Shown piece after piece: positions 12,877 to 26,734 of a DNA stretch of 64,000 nt; within the stretch, counting starts at the first letter, position 1, and each line of letters begins with the position of its first letter. A program made the position numbers and the translations under genes. The stretch lies in contig NGBS01000588.1 in assembly GCA_002245135.1 (NCBI GenBank), positions 62,001 through 126,000 on the forward strand, written 5' to 3'. Source of the stretch: Proteromonas lacertae (Eukaryota). Below the pieces are notes generated by a model that did no database searches, was not told the origin of the DNA, and saw only the letters and a list, made by a program, of their open reading frames with translations.

Positions 12877-14757
12877 ATGAATGATGATAAGATAGAAGAA
12901 GTATAATTAATATTTTATATTGCAGGAATCAAGAGATGATGTTATGAAGAAAAGAGAGCAGAAGAAATTAGAAAAACAACTCAGAAAACAAGCTGCTTTA
13001 GCCAAAAAGAGTGGTACTCCAGCACCTACTACAGCAGCACCTGATGCTAAATCAGCAGCTGATGTGAAAGAGTATTTTATATAAGAATAATGTCTAGAAC
13101 TACAAAAACTGAATCAACTACTGTTGCTACAAATGAGCCACCATCACCACCTCAACCTCTAGAACAACCAAAACCAGAAGATGTGATGAATAAAAGAGAA
13201 CAAAAGAAATTAGAAAAACAACAAAGAAAATTAGCTGCATTAGCTAAACAAAGCGATAATAAACCAAAACCAGATATAACAGGAAATATAGAGCGAGTCA
13301 AGCCTTTAAATTTCAACGAAATACCACCTACTAATGCAGAAAAGAAGCAAAATCAAAATCAACAGAAGAAAAAGCCTCAACAAAATGGAAATAATAACCT
13401 CAACAAAAATAATAACAATAGCAATAATAATAACAACAACAATAATAAAAAGATAAGAAAAGAAAGTCAAGATTATGATAAATCCAAAATGAACAACAAC
13501 AACAACAACAATAACAGTAATAATAAAGAAGAAAACAAAAACGTTCTATTATTCTCTCATTTACCACTCGCAAAGAAATGTTCAAATGATTTATTCAAAA
13601 TATCTTATTTTGGTCATGGAAGTGAATACTTCTTTCATTTATTTAATTTATTTTCAAGTGGAAAGTTACATGGGACAAATACTCGTTGTTTAGCAATGCT
13701 TGATGCTGTGTTATTAATGATTGAAACATTTACAGTTCCTGAAACTCCATCCTCGATTGATTCATTGACATTTAATAGAACGAAGAGTTTATTGTCATTT
13801 TCTCGAGCTTTAGATAACGAATTGAAATATAATTTCAGATTATTGATGGAAAGTCGACCACTTTCATATTCATTGTATATTTTCTTTATATTTAATATAA
13901 TATGAATAGAAGAAATATAATTGGTGATATTCGAAGTATGCTACAAAAAATCAATACAAATTTATCAACTGAAGAATGTAAACAACAAATCAAAAGTGAA
14001 ATAAAAGATTATAAAAAAGTATATATTTCAATATTTATGTTTCTATATAAAAATAATAGAAAATCAACAATATGATTAAAGATGTAAGTGAAAAAGCAAA
14101 AAAGAAAATTCAAAATAATGATGTAATCGTAACATATTCAAAGTATATTATTATTATTATTTATTTATTTATTATTCATAGAAGCAATACAGTAATTAAT
14201 ACCTTTATTAGTGCTAAGAAAGATGGTATAAAATTCAAAGTGATAGTAGTTGATTCTCCTCCCTATTTCTATGGTAAAATAACCTTACAGAAATTAACTA
14301 ATGCTGATATAGATTGTAGTTATTGCTATTTAAATGGTTTATCTTATGTAATAAAAGTATATTAATATAATATATTATTGATTAGACATGTACAAAAATA
14401 ATATTACCAACTGCTTCACTATTATCAAATGGATCTGCTCTTAGTCAAGCTGGTACTGCTTCCATCGCAATGTTAGGTTCTTATTATCATATTCCTGTGT
14501 TATTTTTATGTGAAACTTATAAATTTACTTCAAAAATCAAATTAGATAGCATATGTGAGAATGAACTAGGTGATAGAAATGTGAATGATAAAAACAATGA
14601 AATGAATGATATAGACCATTTGAAAATGTTATCAATTCGCTATGATGTAACTCCAGCTCAATATATAAGTGTGATAATATCTGAAATACAAATGTTACCT
14701 CCATCTTCTGTTCCTGTAGTAGTTCGAGAACAAAAAGGAGAAGAAGTAGAGTATTAA
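12877..14757 (+). CDS. EIF2B4: Translation initiation factor eIF2B delta subunit
   Basis: Low-complexity N-terminus, LFSHLP, GTNTRCLAML, KFKVIVVDSPP, CETYKF, YDVTP, MLPPSSVPVVVRE. Confidence 0.92.
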
Positions 14758-15059
14758 GAGAGTTTAAATAATTATTCTTTGTTATTTCAATAATATTATT
14801 GTTGATCATTTCTAATCTTCTGAAATTTTCGATTTGTAAGTTTGATTATGTGAAAAAATTTCTTATTATAAACAATATAAATATATACTGTATGTTTCTT
14901 TTTAGATAGGTATAAGTAAATGTCATATAATCTAAAATTACGTATTATAGTCATCTTAGTTAATGTATTTTATTCTCTAGTAGTGAATGATTCAAATAGG
15001 CACTTGTTCTACTCTCATCAATGCATAACATAGCAAAAATCAATTTTTTGCACTGATGA

Positions 15060-15871
15060 GGAAGACGCCGAAGAATAGCCCGAGGCGGAGCCATCAATCA
15101 GCAGGCTATGTTGCAATCATATTTAAGTTCTTTCGGAGTATAAGCAATTCCCAATGAGTCTTTTCCTTATACAAATTACTATGAGCATCTTTAAGCTAAG
15201 AGATTACATCTCCAATCCACTAAAACCAGAAGTTAATAACATTCAATTCGTGCCAGCTACAGAGGAAGATAAAGCCCACACTCCCCATGGATCTATCATC
15301 TATAAGACTACTCAGAAGCTTTACCTTATCGATGTCCGTGCTCCTGACAAATCGAAAAGCTCATTGTCTTTTACGGAAGATGTACTTACTCCAGGATCTT
15401 GATCAAGAGCATGGAAGGAGTCAGCCTATGGATATGTAACATTGTGATTCCATCTTAGGATCTTGATCACATCTGCCTAGTCACTCCCGACAATGACAAT
15501 CTAATTCCCAAAGTTACAACACTGGACTTAGAAGGCCAACAGATATCGATGAGTCGGACATAGCACCTTATCGTAGGTCAACAAAGCAAGAGACTTCAAA
15601 GGACAATGATCTTGATGATTGTGAATTATTGACTGTCCTCAAGAAGCTATCCGACGATGATAAACAATCACCAGTAAAGTCAACTCCGAGAAGAGCATCA
15701 CCAAAGAAGTCAAGTATCGGAGAAGAAGGAGGGAATAAGCAAGAGATTAATTGCCCTCAAGAACAAGTGCAAGTTGATGTACCTAGACGATATGACTTTG
15801 CCGATGATAAGATCTGTTGTTCCCCGTATGGCGGAAATCCCCGTATGGCGGAACTCTATATTGCAGAATGA
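15060..15871 (+). other. GC-richer segment of broken ORFs, possible mobile/foreign element relic
   Basis: Visibly higher GC than flanks, short intronless ORFs with stops, ends inside the left arm of the inverted repeat. No recognisable domain. Confidence 0.35.
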
Positions 15872-16430
15872 TTCAATCAAAACTAATATGATATTCATGA
15901 TGTTCGGAGTTAGTTATTAACAAATATATAGTTAGTTTGTCATATGACCTACATCTGTGATATACTTTTTTATGAACTTCATTATTATCAATATTAAACT
16001 AATTTTTGTATATTTTCTATTTTAATGTATCAGTCACTACTACAGTCTAAAATACATTATCTAATATGAATAGAATTTACTATTTTTAATGTTAAGGTAG
16101 TAAAAAAGGAAATTAAATAGCAGGCTTGAGTGAGGCTTGAACTTATTTTTTCTTTTTTCTTTTTTGACCGCCTTAACATTAAAAATAGTGAATTCTATTC
16201 ATATTAGATAATGTATTTTAGACTGTAGTAGTGACTGATACATTAAAATAGAAAATATACAAAAATTAGTTTAATATTGATAATAATGAAGTTCATAAAA
16301 AAGTATATCGCAGATGTAGGTCATATGACAAACTAACTATATATTTGTTAATAACTAACTCCGAACATCATGAATATCATATTAGTTTTGATTGAATCAT
16401 TCTGCAATATAGAGTTCCGTCATACGGGGA
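15838..16430. repeat. Long inverted repeat: 260-bp arms (15838-16097 and 16171-16430), 73-bp spacer
   Basis: Arms are reverse complements with three substitutions by manual comparison. The 16-mer TCCCCGTATGGCGGAA is duplicated at the left edge (15821, 15838). Confidence 0.97.
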
Positions 16431-16842
16431 ATAACAAGATCATTGTAAGAAGCAGTAGTATGGGAATGACCCCACATTCATCACCTTCAAAGTCAAAGGA
16501 GCTGGAGGTGCTAGTTATAAGGCTTCACAGGAGCCGATAGTCCCGATATATAATTAGCTTAGTTGTTCTTTTCAAATTGATTATCTGAGTAAAGTTTCCC
16601 CCCATAATGAAACGGAGATCACCTAGCAATATTGAAGGGCCAGAGGTTACGTTTATGATATTAGAATTGAAAAAAGTCTTCTTAACGCTCAACGGCGCAT
16701 TTAGCTCAACGGCGCACAACATCAATTTTATCCTTTTTTCTGGAAATTGAGTGAGAGATAGATCTGGAAGTTTTTCTTCTTCTTCTATATAAGAATGTTC
16801 ATCTTCTCTTAAAGGGGATATATCTTCAAATTGGTCTATCAA
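16431..16842 (-). other. Second GC-richer broken ORF segment pointing into the inverted repeat
   Basis: 105-aa ORF, internal duplication of GCTCAACGGCGCA near 16687 and 16704. No domain recognised. Confidence 0.3.
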
Positions 16843-17444
16843 ATATTAGTCATATTATAGGAACTAAATTCTTTAGAATTACTATTTAAGTAGTCAGTTC
16901 AGAATTATTAAAACATCAAGTCAGCGCTATATTCAAATAAGTACACAGTTCATTAAATCATTAGATAGGAGTATGAAAATTTAACTAATTAGCATCATAA
17001 AAATACTAATTTATATAATAAATGGTTATAAAATTAGTAATAAAAACTCCTCATATAATGATATATTTCTAGAAACGGCTAAATTTCTTATGAGCCTGTT
17101 GTTTTTGAAGCTTATTGAAATTTATATCGTTACAATTTTGTAACATAATTTAATCATTAGTTACCATAATATCGAGAAATACATCAAATTTTGATTAATT
17201 ACCTGATTAGGTAATTTTAATCTAACTACGTCAGCATAAAGTTCAATCTATAACTCATACTGTGATGTAATTTTTTTAGTCTAATTCTTTATAGTTGTTG
17301 AGAAAAACAACTTCAAAGTCACAAAAAAAATAAAAGAAACTTAGAAAATTTCTTATAGTGTCTAAAAGATTTTTATGAATCGTCATATTTATTACGTCAC
17401 ATAATTTTTAAAAAAGTCATAATATTTTAAAAACAAAACATTAG

Positions 17445-18951
17445 TCAATCATTTGCATCATATTTACTTACTAAATCTTCATATCCTAGATTCTTTAAAA
17501 GCCTTTTTAGTTCTTTTCTCTCTTCTCTTTCTTCTTCTATACTTACATACATATCAAGCTAAATAATAAACTAAATAACAAAATATACTGACCCAAAACG
17601 ATTAATTATTAAAATTAGAAGAAAAACTATCACATCTATGTAAGATCCTATGAAGAAGATTGTTCCACGTTTTACAAATATCACATAGTTCTCAATATTA
17701 TCACATGCATCTTCATTTAAAAAATCACACTATTAATTTATTACATTATATTTATATTTATTATACTTTATTCGATGAAATGTTATTTATACAACAATTA
17801 TCATAAGTTTCTGAAAAACTCGATATAGTACCACCAAACAAACCATAACCACCAATGTATGCTCCTGTGAAAAAAAAAGTATACGTACTTAAAAACCAAA
17901 TTGTATCATAATCTTTTCTAGTTTTACTACATATTATTTTATAATTAACTGAATATATCAACAAAGCAACTGCAAAGATTATTCTACCAATGGATATATT
18001 TTTGGAAAATAAATTAAAACCAATTTTGTAAACATGCGTCAAATCAAATATACTCCATCCAATATAAATTAGAGATAATATCTATTTATTTTATTAATAA
18101 TTATATTATACACTTAGTATTACAGACACTTTATACAGTTTTCTATTATACACTGACAATTCTCTTATAACTCCAACATATAGACCTTTCTTTAATTGCA
18201 CTTCAATTGATCCAATTCCTTTACTTTTTATTTTATTTTTTAATTTAGACAACTTTTCATTTTCAATTATTTTTTCAGATACTTTTCCTTCACTTTCTAA
18301 CATTTTTCTTGTAAATATTATATATATAAACTATAATTCATAATATATATATATTAATACAAATGTTAAAACACCATACAGCAGATAAAATAAAAATAAA
18401 AACACTGAATTAAATAGTATTTCATGAAATGGAATCATTTTTATATTCATCGATTCACACCCGTATTTATCCATAAAATCACATTTACTTGAGTTTATAT
18501 AATCTGAACAGCATTCAACCAATGTATCATTTATCTTCTTCTCCGTCAGTGCAAATAATGAATATGAATTGCAAAAAATTAAAGCAAAAAAAAATAATCC
18601 ACAGAAAATTGTGAATATATTGCAGTATTTATCACTGAAGTTTGTTACAGATATATATTCCCCATAATAAACATAAACTATCATTGATATTATCCCACAA
18701 CTCATCAATATTAAAGGATACACTCCTAAAGTTTTTGTAATTGTGTCAAATCCTATACAATAAATTATATTATTTCTTTAACAATACCTATAGTTGATAA
18801 TTTGTTGAAAACACTTATTCCAAAATAAAATAATAGCACCCACCATATCTATATACTATATTGTGTTTAATTATACTGTATTAATGACAATTACCACAAA
18901 TTGTCCAACATTTCGAGGATAATGATTATAATTAATGGTTAATTCACCCAT
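17445..18951 (-). CDS. Multi-pass membrane protein of unknown family
   Basis: Several hydrophobic exons with Cys-rich loops and a charged last exon IEEEREERKELKRLLKNLGYEDLV. Confidence 0.6.
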
Positions 18952-19044
18952 AAAAAAAAAGATTATAAATCTTATGAAACGGTCAAAAGTATTATTTGTG
19001 TAGAAGGGAATCAAGAGTATATAATATCAAAATAATATTTTCAG

Positions 19045-20316
19045 ACATTCAAAATAGTACAATAAAACACTTCAAAAGAATATTGATAATAAGAATGATA
19101 GAAATTGGGAAATAAGGAGTATATTGATGCTTGTTTTATGTTCTTAATATAGCACGAAAGAAAGTAACACTATTAATAGAAAAAAGATCACAAAGATCAG
19201 AAGATCAGCATATGAGATCTGAACTAGCTTTGAAAGAGAAGAAAAATGAAGATTATCATCATCAACAAAGACTATTGTATGCGAGAAGAAGTGTATTATA
19301 TGAAAAGACCAAACAGAAAGAAGAACATGATAGAAAGATGAGAATATTAAAAGCGAAACAGATGGAACATGATAAATTACTTCGTCAAATATGTTCAGAA
19401 GAGTTCTTTTGGGTTAATGTATTTACCCCAAAGTGAGTTATACAATGGATTATGTATTTCATCTTCAGCTTTCTTTCATTTATCAAAAACAGTTCATTCT
19501 TTGAGATTAAATTTAGAAAATATGGATGATATCTTTTTTAAATTATTATTATTATACTAAAGAATTGGTTTATCATTAATATGAATTTACAGAATGGAAC
19601 AATTAATTTAAAACGATTTCCTCAATTACAAGAGATAATTATCAATCATTCTTCTTCACAATTAGGAATTGAAAAGTTCTCTGCTGCTTTATTAAATGAT
19701 TATAAATACATTTCATTATCTAAACTTAATCTATCATGTATAAATGCCATTCATATTATATTATTTTTATTAGATGCAAATATTGGAGCATTGGGAATGA
19801 GGATATTATGTAAATCCTTTAATCAACATTGTTGTATTAAATTACATTCATTAATATTGAAATCAACATGTTTGGGAGTTAAAGGATGTGAATATCTATC
19901 AGAATCATTGAGTAATAAGATAATGAATAATTTAGAAACACTGGATATTTCAAGTATATTTTATAGATTCTGTAATATGTATTTTTATTATATCTATAGA
20001 TAATGATATTGGTGTTAAAGGAATTTATTACTTAGTGAAAGCATGGAAGACTTCTTGTTGTTTGGAATTAAAACACATTGATTTAAGATGTATTGATTAT
20101 TGTATTTTATATTTGTAGATAATCAAATAGGAATAAATGGTTTAAGTTAATTGAAAGGGTTTTTACTGATGGGAATGTGCAAACAAATAGAAAATATAAA
20201 TATTAGACGTATTTATAAGATTTTTATATGATATTATTTATAGATAATAATCATGGGAAAGAAGGAATTGCTCTTTTAGACAATAACAGTGTAATTCAAC
20301 CATTGTTAACTTATTA
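19045..20316 (+). pseudogene. Coiled-coil plus RNI-like LRR gene with in-frame stops
   Basis: LxxLxLxxxxIGxxG repeats on short exons. In-frame TAG near 19055 and TAA near 20148 in my exon model. Confidence 0.55.
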
Positions 20317-20727
20317 ATGTAATTTATATGATTTGTATGTAGAATGCGATGAGATAATAAAAACATACAAAACTAAATAAAAATACACGAATTATAGTAA
20401 ATGACAGTTTACTTACAACTTCTATTGAACATAATCTCCATATTGCCTCATTTCTACAGCTGTAACAATATTATCAATTATCTATTTATTAATAAGAAAA
20501 ATCAAAAAAGGATACATAATAATTGATAAGGATGTTGTACTAAACTACATTAATAATGAAGTGAAGAAGAGAAAAATAGTAATGGAAAAAAGACAGAAAA
20601 CATCATACTAATGATAATATTATAACTTTTTTGAATTAAGATATTCTTATTGGAATTTATATTCTTTGTGTTAGTTGGATAAACAACTACAGCAATTGTT
20701 AAATGTTATTTACGATGATCATCAGAA

Positions 20728-20745
20728 AACCCTAACCCTAACCCT
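20728..20745. repeat. Interstitial telomere-type repeat (AACCCT)3
   Basis: Three perfect TTAGGG-type units in an AT-rich non-coding background. Confidence 0.6.
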
Positions 20746-21443
20746 TTCTCCTTCTATTACTTCATCATTTATTCCATCTTCTATCATTTTTGTTGGTGTG
20801 ATTTATTCTTTTCATAATAATTGTGATGGCCATTGAGTTGAGTTGCTCTTGCCAGTAATGATTTACAAAATTTCTTGCATTGCTTTATTTTATTTTATTT
20901 TATTTTATTTTCTATTTCTACTACTTCTTTCAAAGTTTCTAAATCATAAAAACTTCAAACCTAATCTCTAACTCTCGATTTTAATGAAATTAAAATGAAA
21001 AAGCTTGATTAAAACAAGCCTGAAAATGTTTTGTATAGAATATATGGAGTTATAATTATATTAGATATTTCATTATAGCAAAATATTGTTATATATCATT
21101 TATATGAGTTATTATAAATGTAATATATCGTCACTAGAAGTAAATATTAAAATTGTTATTTAGATATAAAATGGGATAAAAAATGAGTGAAAACAATTAA
21201 ATGCAACTACAATATATTAAAAAAATAGTTAAATTGACAAATAATATATTTATTTGATAATTTTTCAGTAGGGCAGGAGTATAATGTGTTATATTGATAT
21301 ATATTGCTTAGTGATTGATTATTTTTACTATTTATTACAGAAAAACTAAATAGATAATAAAAAAGCAAAATGGACAAAAGGGATAGTTACAGGAAAACAC
21401 TGGATATTTTGAGCGTGTGTAAGGGACAAAGTTCTTCGACAAG

Positions 21444-21866
21444 CTAACTACGCATAGTGATATTATTGTCAGTACATATGCCTACAACTCGCTTTATAGG
21501 TATGTTATTCTTTTCTATTAATTCAATCATCTTTGCTGTGTTTTCTGCTGTTTCTTTTTCTTTGCATCTAATTGATTCTATAAAAGTAATTTCATTGCTA
21601 TTTTTACAAGCTATATTGTATATACTTTCATCTATTACATTTTGCCATTGATCCAAAATAACGCAGAACATATCTTCACTTTTAGAAAATTCGTCTAATA
21701 TTTTTACTCCTTCCTCATTTATCTTCTTCTTTAGCTTTATTTTGGGATTGATTGATCTGATCAATTCCTTAAAACTACTTGATTCTATGCTTCGAAAACT
21801 TGAATTTGTCTGTATAACATAATTTATTAACTTAGTGTTAATAAACCATTTGTTATAAATTAACAT
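21444..21866 (-). mobile_element. Degenerate hAT transposase fragment
   Basis: FRSIESSSFKELIRSINP, LDQW, ETAEN and CTDNN align with the transposase at 35707-36366. Confidence 0.85.
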
Positions 21867-22747
21867 GAATATTATACCATTTGTTGCATTTGTGACATCT
21901 TGATTTGGTTAATTGGATTACTCATATACTTACCCATTTGCATGATAGTCTTTGCACTTGCTTGAGCCATATCATTGTAATTAGGTTAATTCATATTCAC
22001 ATACATGTTAGGACCAAACAAATGTTAATAATCTATTTCCCTTAAATTATTAGCAATTGGTATAGACAATGCATTGCCTTCATGTAGTGATTAAGATAAC
22101 ATAGAATCGATTGCATTCTGTCTCTCTAAATTTTTGGGCTCATAATTCAATTTACGAATGTCATTTTGATTAGGAGGAGTATCATAATCTAGTTTTAAAG
22201 TCTAATTAGTGACTAAAGAAATATATGATGAAATGATATTTTTGTATGGAATTTTTATGGTAAAATTTATTTTCTTATTTTTGTGGCACATAGAAAATAG
22301 TTTTAATACATAATACGAAACTGTTGTTCTAATGTTAACTATCTAGAGAATATAATTTTAACCAAACTAGTTTTATATAATTCAGCACTATAATGTAGAT
22401 GTGCTTTTTTATTCCGTTTAAAATACGCACTATAAACACATTTGCAATTACAATATATAATTACCAATTAAACTACTATTTTGAAGTTTGATTTGTTAGA
22501 ACAGTCGATGGTCGAAACTGATATTCATTAACTAAATCTTCATATCCAAGTTTTATCAATAACTTTTCTAATTCCTTTCTTTTTTCTCTTTCTTCTTCTA
22601 TTGTAGATGAATGAGTTTACTAATAGAAAATTATCATAATCGTGAATGTGTTATTAATAATATTTCCACATACTTACCCTTACTACTCTTAAACAGAATA
22701 ATTCAAATCATCAACAAACAATGAAACACAATAATATAATTAATAAC

Positions 22748-23328
22748 TTAAGATTTCTTTACATTATGTCTTTTAATTTCTACAAGGAAATGGTTGTCTA
22801 AAATATATAAAACAATATATATATTATATACATGCATTCTCAGAAGCTTTTTTGACTTTATCATTCATAATATTTGCTAGTAAATGTTTAAATTTGAAAT
22901 TTTGAATTGACTTAACTTCATCAATACTAAGTGAACAGGTATTCTTTTCATCATATAACTTATATAAAACAAAATAATCACTATATTTCAAATGTTGACT
23001 TGTAAAATACTCCAATAATTCTTTATTAAAATATAATCTATTGGTTATGTCTTTACCACTCATCATTTCTAGAGTAATTAATTTCTTTGAATCACTCGCT
23101 ATTAAATCTTGAAGCACCACATTTCCCCATTGAATCTTTCTGAATAATCTACTGAACTTAGAATCTATAGTTTCAACTTCTTTTTTTATATTTTTATATG
23201 TCATCATTATATTGTAATAATAAAACAAACCATTCACTAGATCAGTCTCAGAAGATAGAAAAATTGTATCAGAAATATTGAGGCATTCTTCAACAAACTT
23301 TAAATGCAATTTAATAATATTATCTATA

Positions 23329-23360
<32 letters not shown>

Positions 23361-26230
23361 ACATAAAAATAAATATACCTTTATCAAAAATGAACTGTAT
23401 ATTAGTTCTAATAAAATTATTCATTGATTCTTTCATTTCATCTACAATAGCTGATGATAATTTATCTTTTATTTCATAAAATGATATAAATGAATTAACA
23501 CTCATATTATTCTTCAAAAATATTAATGCATTTGATAGAACTTTAACTTCATTTAACACATAACATGTCTGTATTAAATCCACGCAATTATCATCATTAA
23601 TTGAAATATCTGTACAACCATAAAAAGATAATAACAGCATATAACCTTTATAAGTAACCATATCAGGTAAATCAATAGTAAGTATATTATTATTATTATT
23701 ATTATTATTACTGTTCTGTATAGCAGATTCAATTAAATTGGATATTGTTGTATTTGTACATTTAACAATCGATTTTACACCTCCAATTATTCTCTCTTCT
23801 TTAGTTTTATTGTCATGTAGTTTGAAATTAATATCGCAATAACCCATTTCTACTAGTGATAAGATGATTCCTTTATATGGAATTACAGGATGTAAATTAA
23901 CTGACTCTCTACCAGTTTGTGTATCTACTTGAAGTGATAGTAATTTATTATTATTATTACTATTGTTACTTTCTTCACTTGGATCAGTTTGTGTAGAAAT
24001 AGTTTTATAATTTGTTGTATAAGGTGGTGCTAATGGTGATGAAGGGGTAGTTGGAGAATTTGCTTTATTCATAATCCTTGAATTAACAGTTGTTGTTGTT
24101 GTAGAAGATGTAGAACGAGGAGTTGTACAATTTGAATATATTTCATTTACTATATCACAATCACCACTTTTGAATAAGTCAAATATAATATTCAAATACT
24201 TTTCTCTTTCTATATTTATATCTTTGTCAAACATAGTTTGATTAAACCAATTAGCTAATATGGATGATGTAAATGGTAACTTTTTGGGAGGATTTTTCAT
24301 GAAATGGATAATATAATTCAGAATCACAATACCTATATCTTTCTTGGTTGTACCATTCATAATCTATTATTAATAATAATAATATATACATTTGGTAGAT
24401 ATATTTGAATTTTAGCTACTTCTATTCCACTTAATTTCTGTTTTAAAGAGTTTTGTAATAAGGTAAAATATAATCTATAAAAATATAAGAAGATGTATAA
24501 AAATCCAATACTTTTCTACTCCTTCTTTCATTATTACAATATTACTTGAACTTTCAATTGAATTTTTATCATCATCAAATATCATTAATATGGATTTATT
24601 CAGACTGTTATTATTTTCTTTTGTTTTGCTCTTAATTATTGATGATAATATTGGAGATGATTTTCCAGGTGATCTTATATTCTTCAATAATGAAAAGTAA
24701 TATGAATATAATGATTGGCAGTTAAGTAATATACCAATTGAAAAATGATCACTATTTTTACATAATATACATATTATTATTATAATAAATACTTTAATGA
24801 ATGAATTAATGGTATTATCAGTGTGTCCAAATCACAAAAATTAGGTATTATATTATTAAAGAGTTTCAATTTTGATGGATTAAATACATAATGTGAAACT
24901 GTAGAAGACAATATGTGAATCTTCGATTTATTTATTTCAGTTGATTTAAAGTCAATATTTTTATCATTCATCTCATTTTCATGATAGTAGTTCAATAATA
25001 CATCAACAATTCTTCCATTTATTTCACCATCTCTCAGCGATTTTAAGTCATTATTACTTATAATTCTATTATTATAATTAATAAAGGAAGAATAATCATT
25101 ATCATTATTATTAGTTTCGGAATAAGTAGAAGCTGGTGAATATACTGATGAAGATGAAGTATAATTTCTTTCACTGGATGGAATAATAGGTGGAGGAGGA
25201 ATATCTTTATTATTTATAGGAATAATAGTTGTTGTTGTTGATGATGTTGTTGATTGTTTTAATTTTATATTTTTATTCTTATCATTTGAATCAGATAATA
25301 GAGAGGTGGAATGATCTAAATTTGGTGTTTTTGATGATGATAATTGTGTTGTTGTTGTTGTGGATGATTTTGTCACAGTAAAAATTCGTTTTTTAGTTGG
25401 TTTTGGCTTAGCTATTTCATAATCATATTCTACTTCTTTATCTTCTTCTTTATTAATGTCATATTCTTCATCAGTATCAACTACAGAGTTATGGGGCTTC
25501 TTATATTTTTTATTCTCAATCAATGAAGATGAAGAAGTTGATGTGGAAAAATCACTACTTATCTTTATTTTCTTAACTTTATTATTATTATTTTCATTAC
25601 TATTAATACTGTCAATTGTTTGATTGATTTTCCTTTTGATTGACGATGTTTTGGGGATTAATAATATATTATCATCTGATTCTGATAAAGTAGTATCTTC
25701 ATCATCTTCATCTTTCGTTTTTTTATCTTCTTGTTGGTTTATATTCATTGCTTTTATTGGTTTTGGCATAATATCTTTGTTGTTAATATCAGAGTCGATC
25801 ATTTCACTTTTCTTTCTTCTTCCTCTTCTCTTATGTATTTTTATTCCTTTCTCTCCATCTAATGAAACTGTTTTTCTTTGAGTGATAGGTGTTGGCGCAT
25901 TTCGATTGAAAGTCTTAGTTGGAGTTAATTCTGAATCTGAAGTGACTATTTCATATTTATTATAGTTCTTACTCATTTGATTAGGATCTAATCTTATTCT
26001 TATCACATTTTTATCACAACTTAAAACTTTTGGCAAAGAATGACTATCATTTGCATTTTTTGTTGTGCAATGATTATTAGGAGTTTCAGAGTTACTGTCA
26101 CTACCATTATTTACTTTTTCATCAAATGCTAATAATAAAATTATGAAAATATGATACATTTCCTACTAGTACTCTTATTGACAGCTTGATTAAATGAAGC
26201 TAATGATGATTTTTTACGATTTGCATTCAT
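22748..26230 (-). CDS. Large protein: low-complexity N-terminus, Ulp1/SENP(C48)-like domain, C-terminal BTB-BACK
   Basis: ISNNDLKSLRDGEING, KIHILSS, LIIPLIH...DHFSIGI, LMIFD and DIGIVILNY resemble C48 motifs. YCDINF...INDDNCVDLIQTC is BTB-like. Confidence 0.6.
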
Positions 26231-26734
26231 GACTTTTTTCTATACAAGCTTCGCTAGAAATTTAACTCTATCAATCAAGCTATTATCAAGCTTTGTGAGA
26301 AAACTTTTTCTATTTTCTCAATCTCTAAAGCAGTTATTGTAAAGAATTTTTTTTGAAACAGTAAAGTGAAATTTAATAATTCAGAAAATGATATGTAAAA
26401 TAGATATGTCAATTAAATCTCAATTAAACAAAAATATTTTTTATTAAAATGTATTTTATTATATATATATATATATATTAAATTAACTAAAATGATTGAA
26501 ACTATAGAAAGCAGAGACTGTTTGACTTAAACTACTTAAATCAATGAAATCTCTTTTTGATTAGTATAATTTTAATATATGTTTTTAACTACTAATATAT
26601 GTCGAATATAATGATGATTATTTGAATTGTGTTTTAAATAAGCTTGATTATCTCAAATATTTTTTAGTTTTTTCAATTTTTCTAAATATCATTTAGATAT
26701 CAAGTATTTTTGACATTATAAATAAATAATTATA

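Noticed and set aside
19045..20160. Stop-codon reassignment suggested by in-frame TAA/TAG
   Set aside because: Conserved genes (Rpn1, UGPase, Rab, eIF2B-delta) have no internal stops and end in TAA or TAG.
20340..20640. Second U12 donor (GTATCCTTTT, minus strand ~20515)
   Set aside because: No convincing open reading frame surrounds it.
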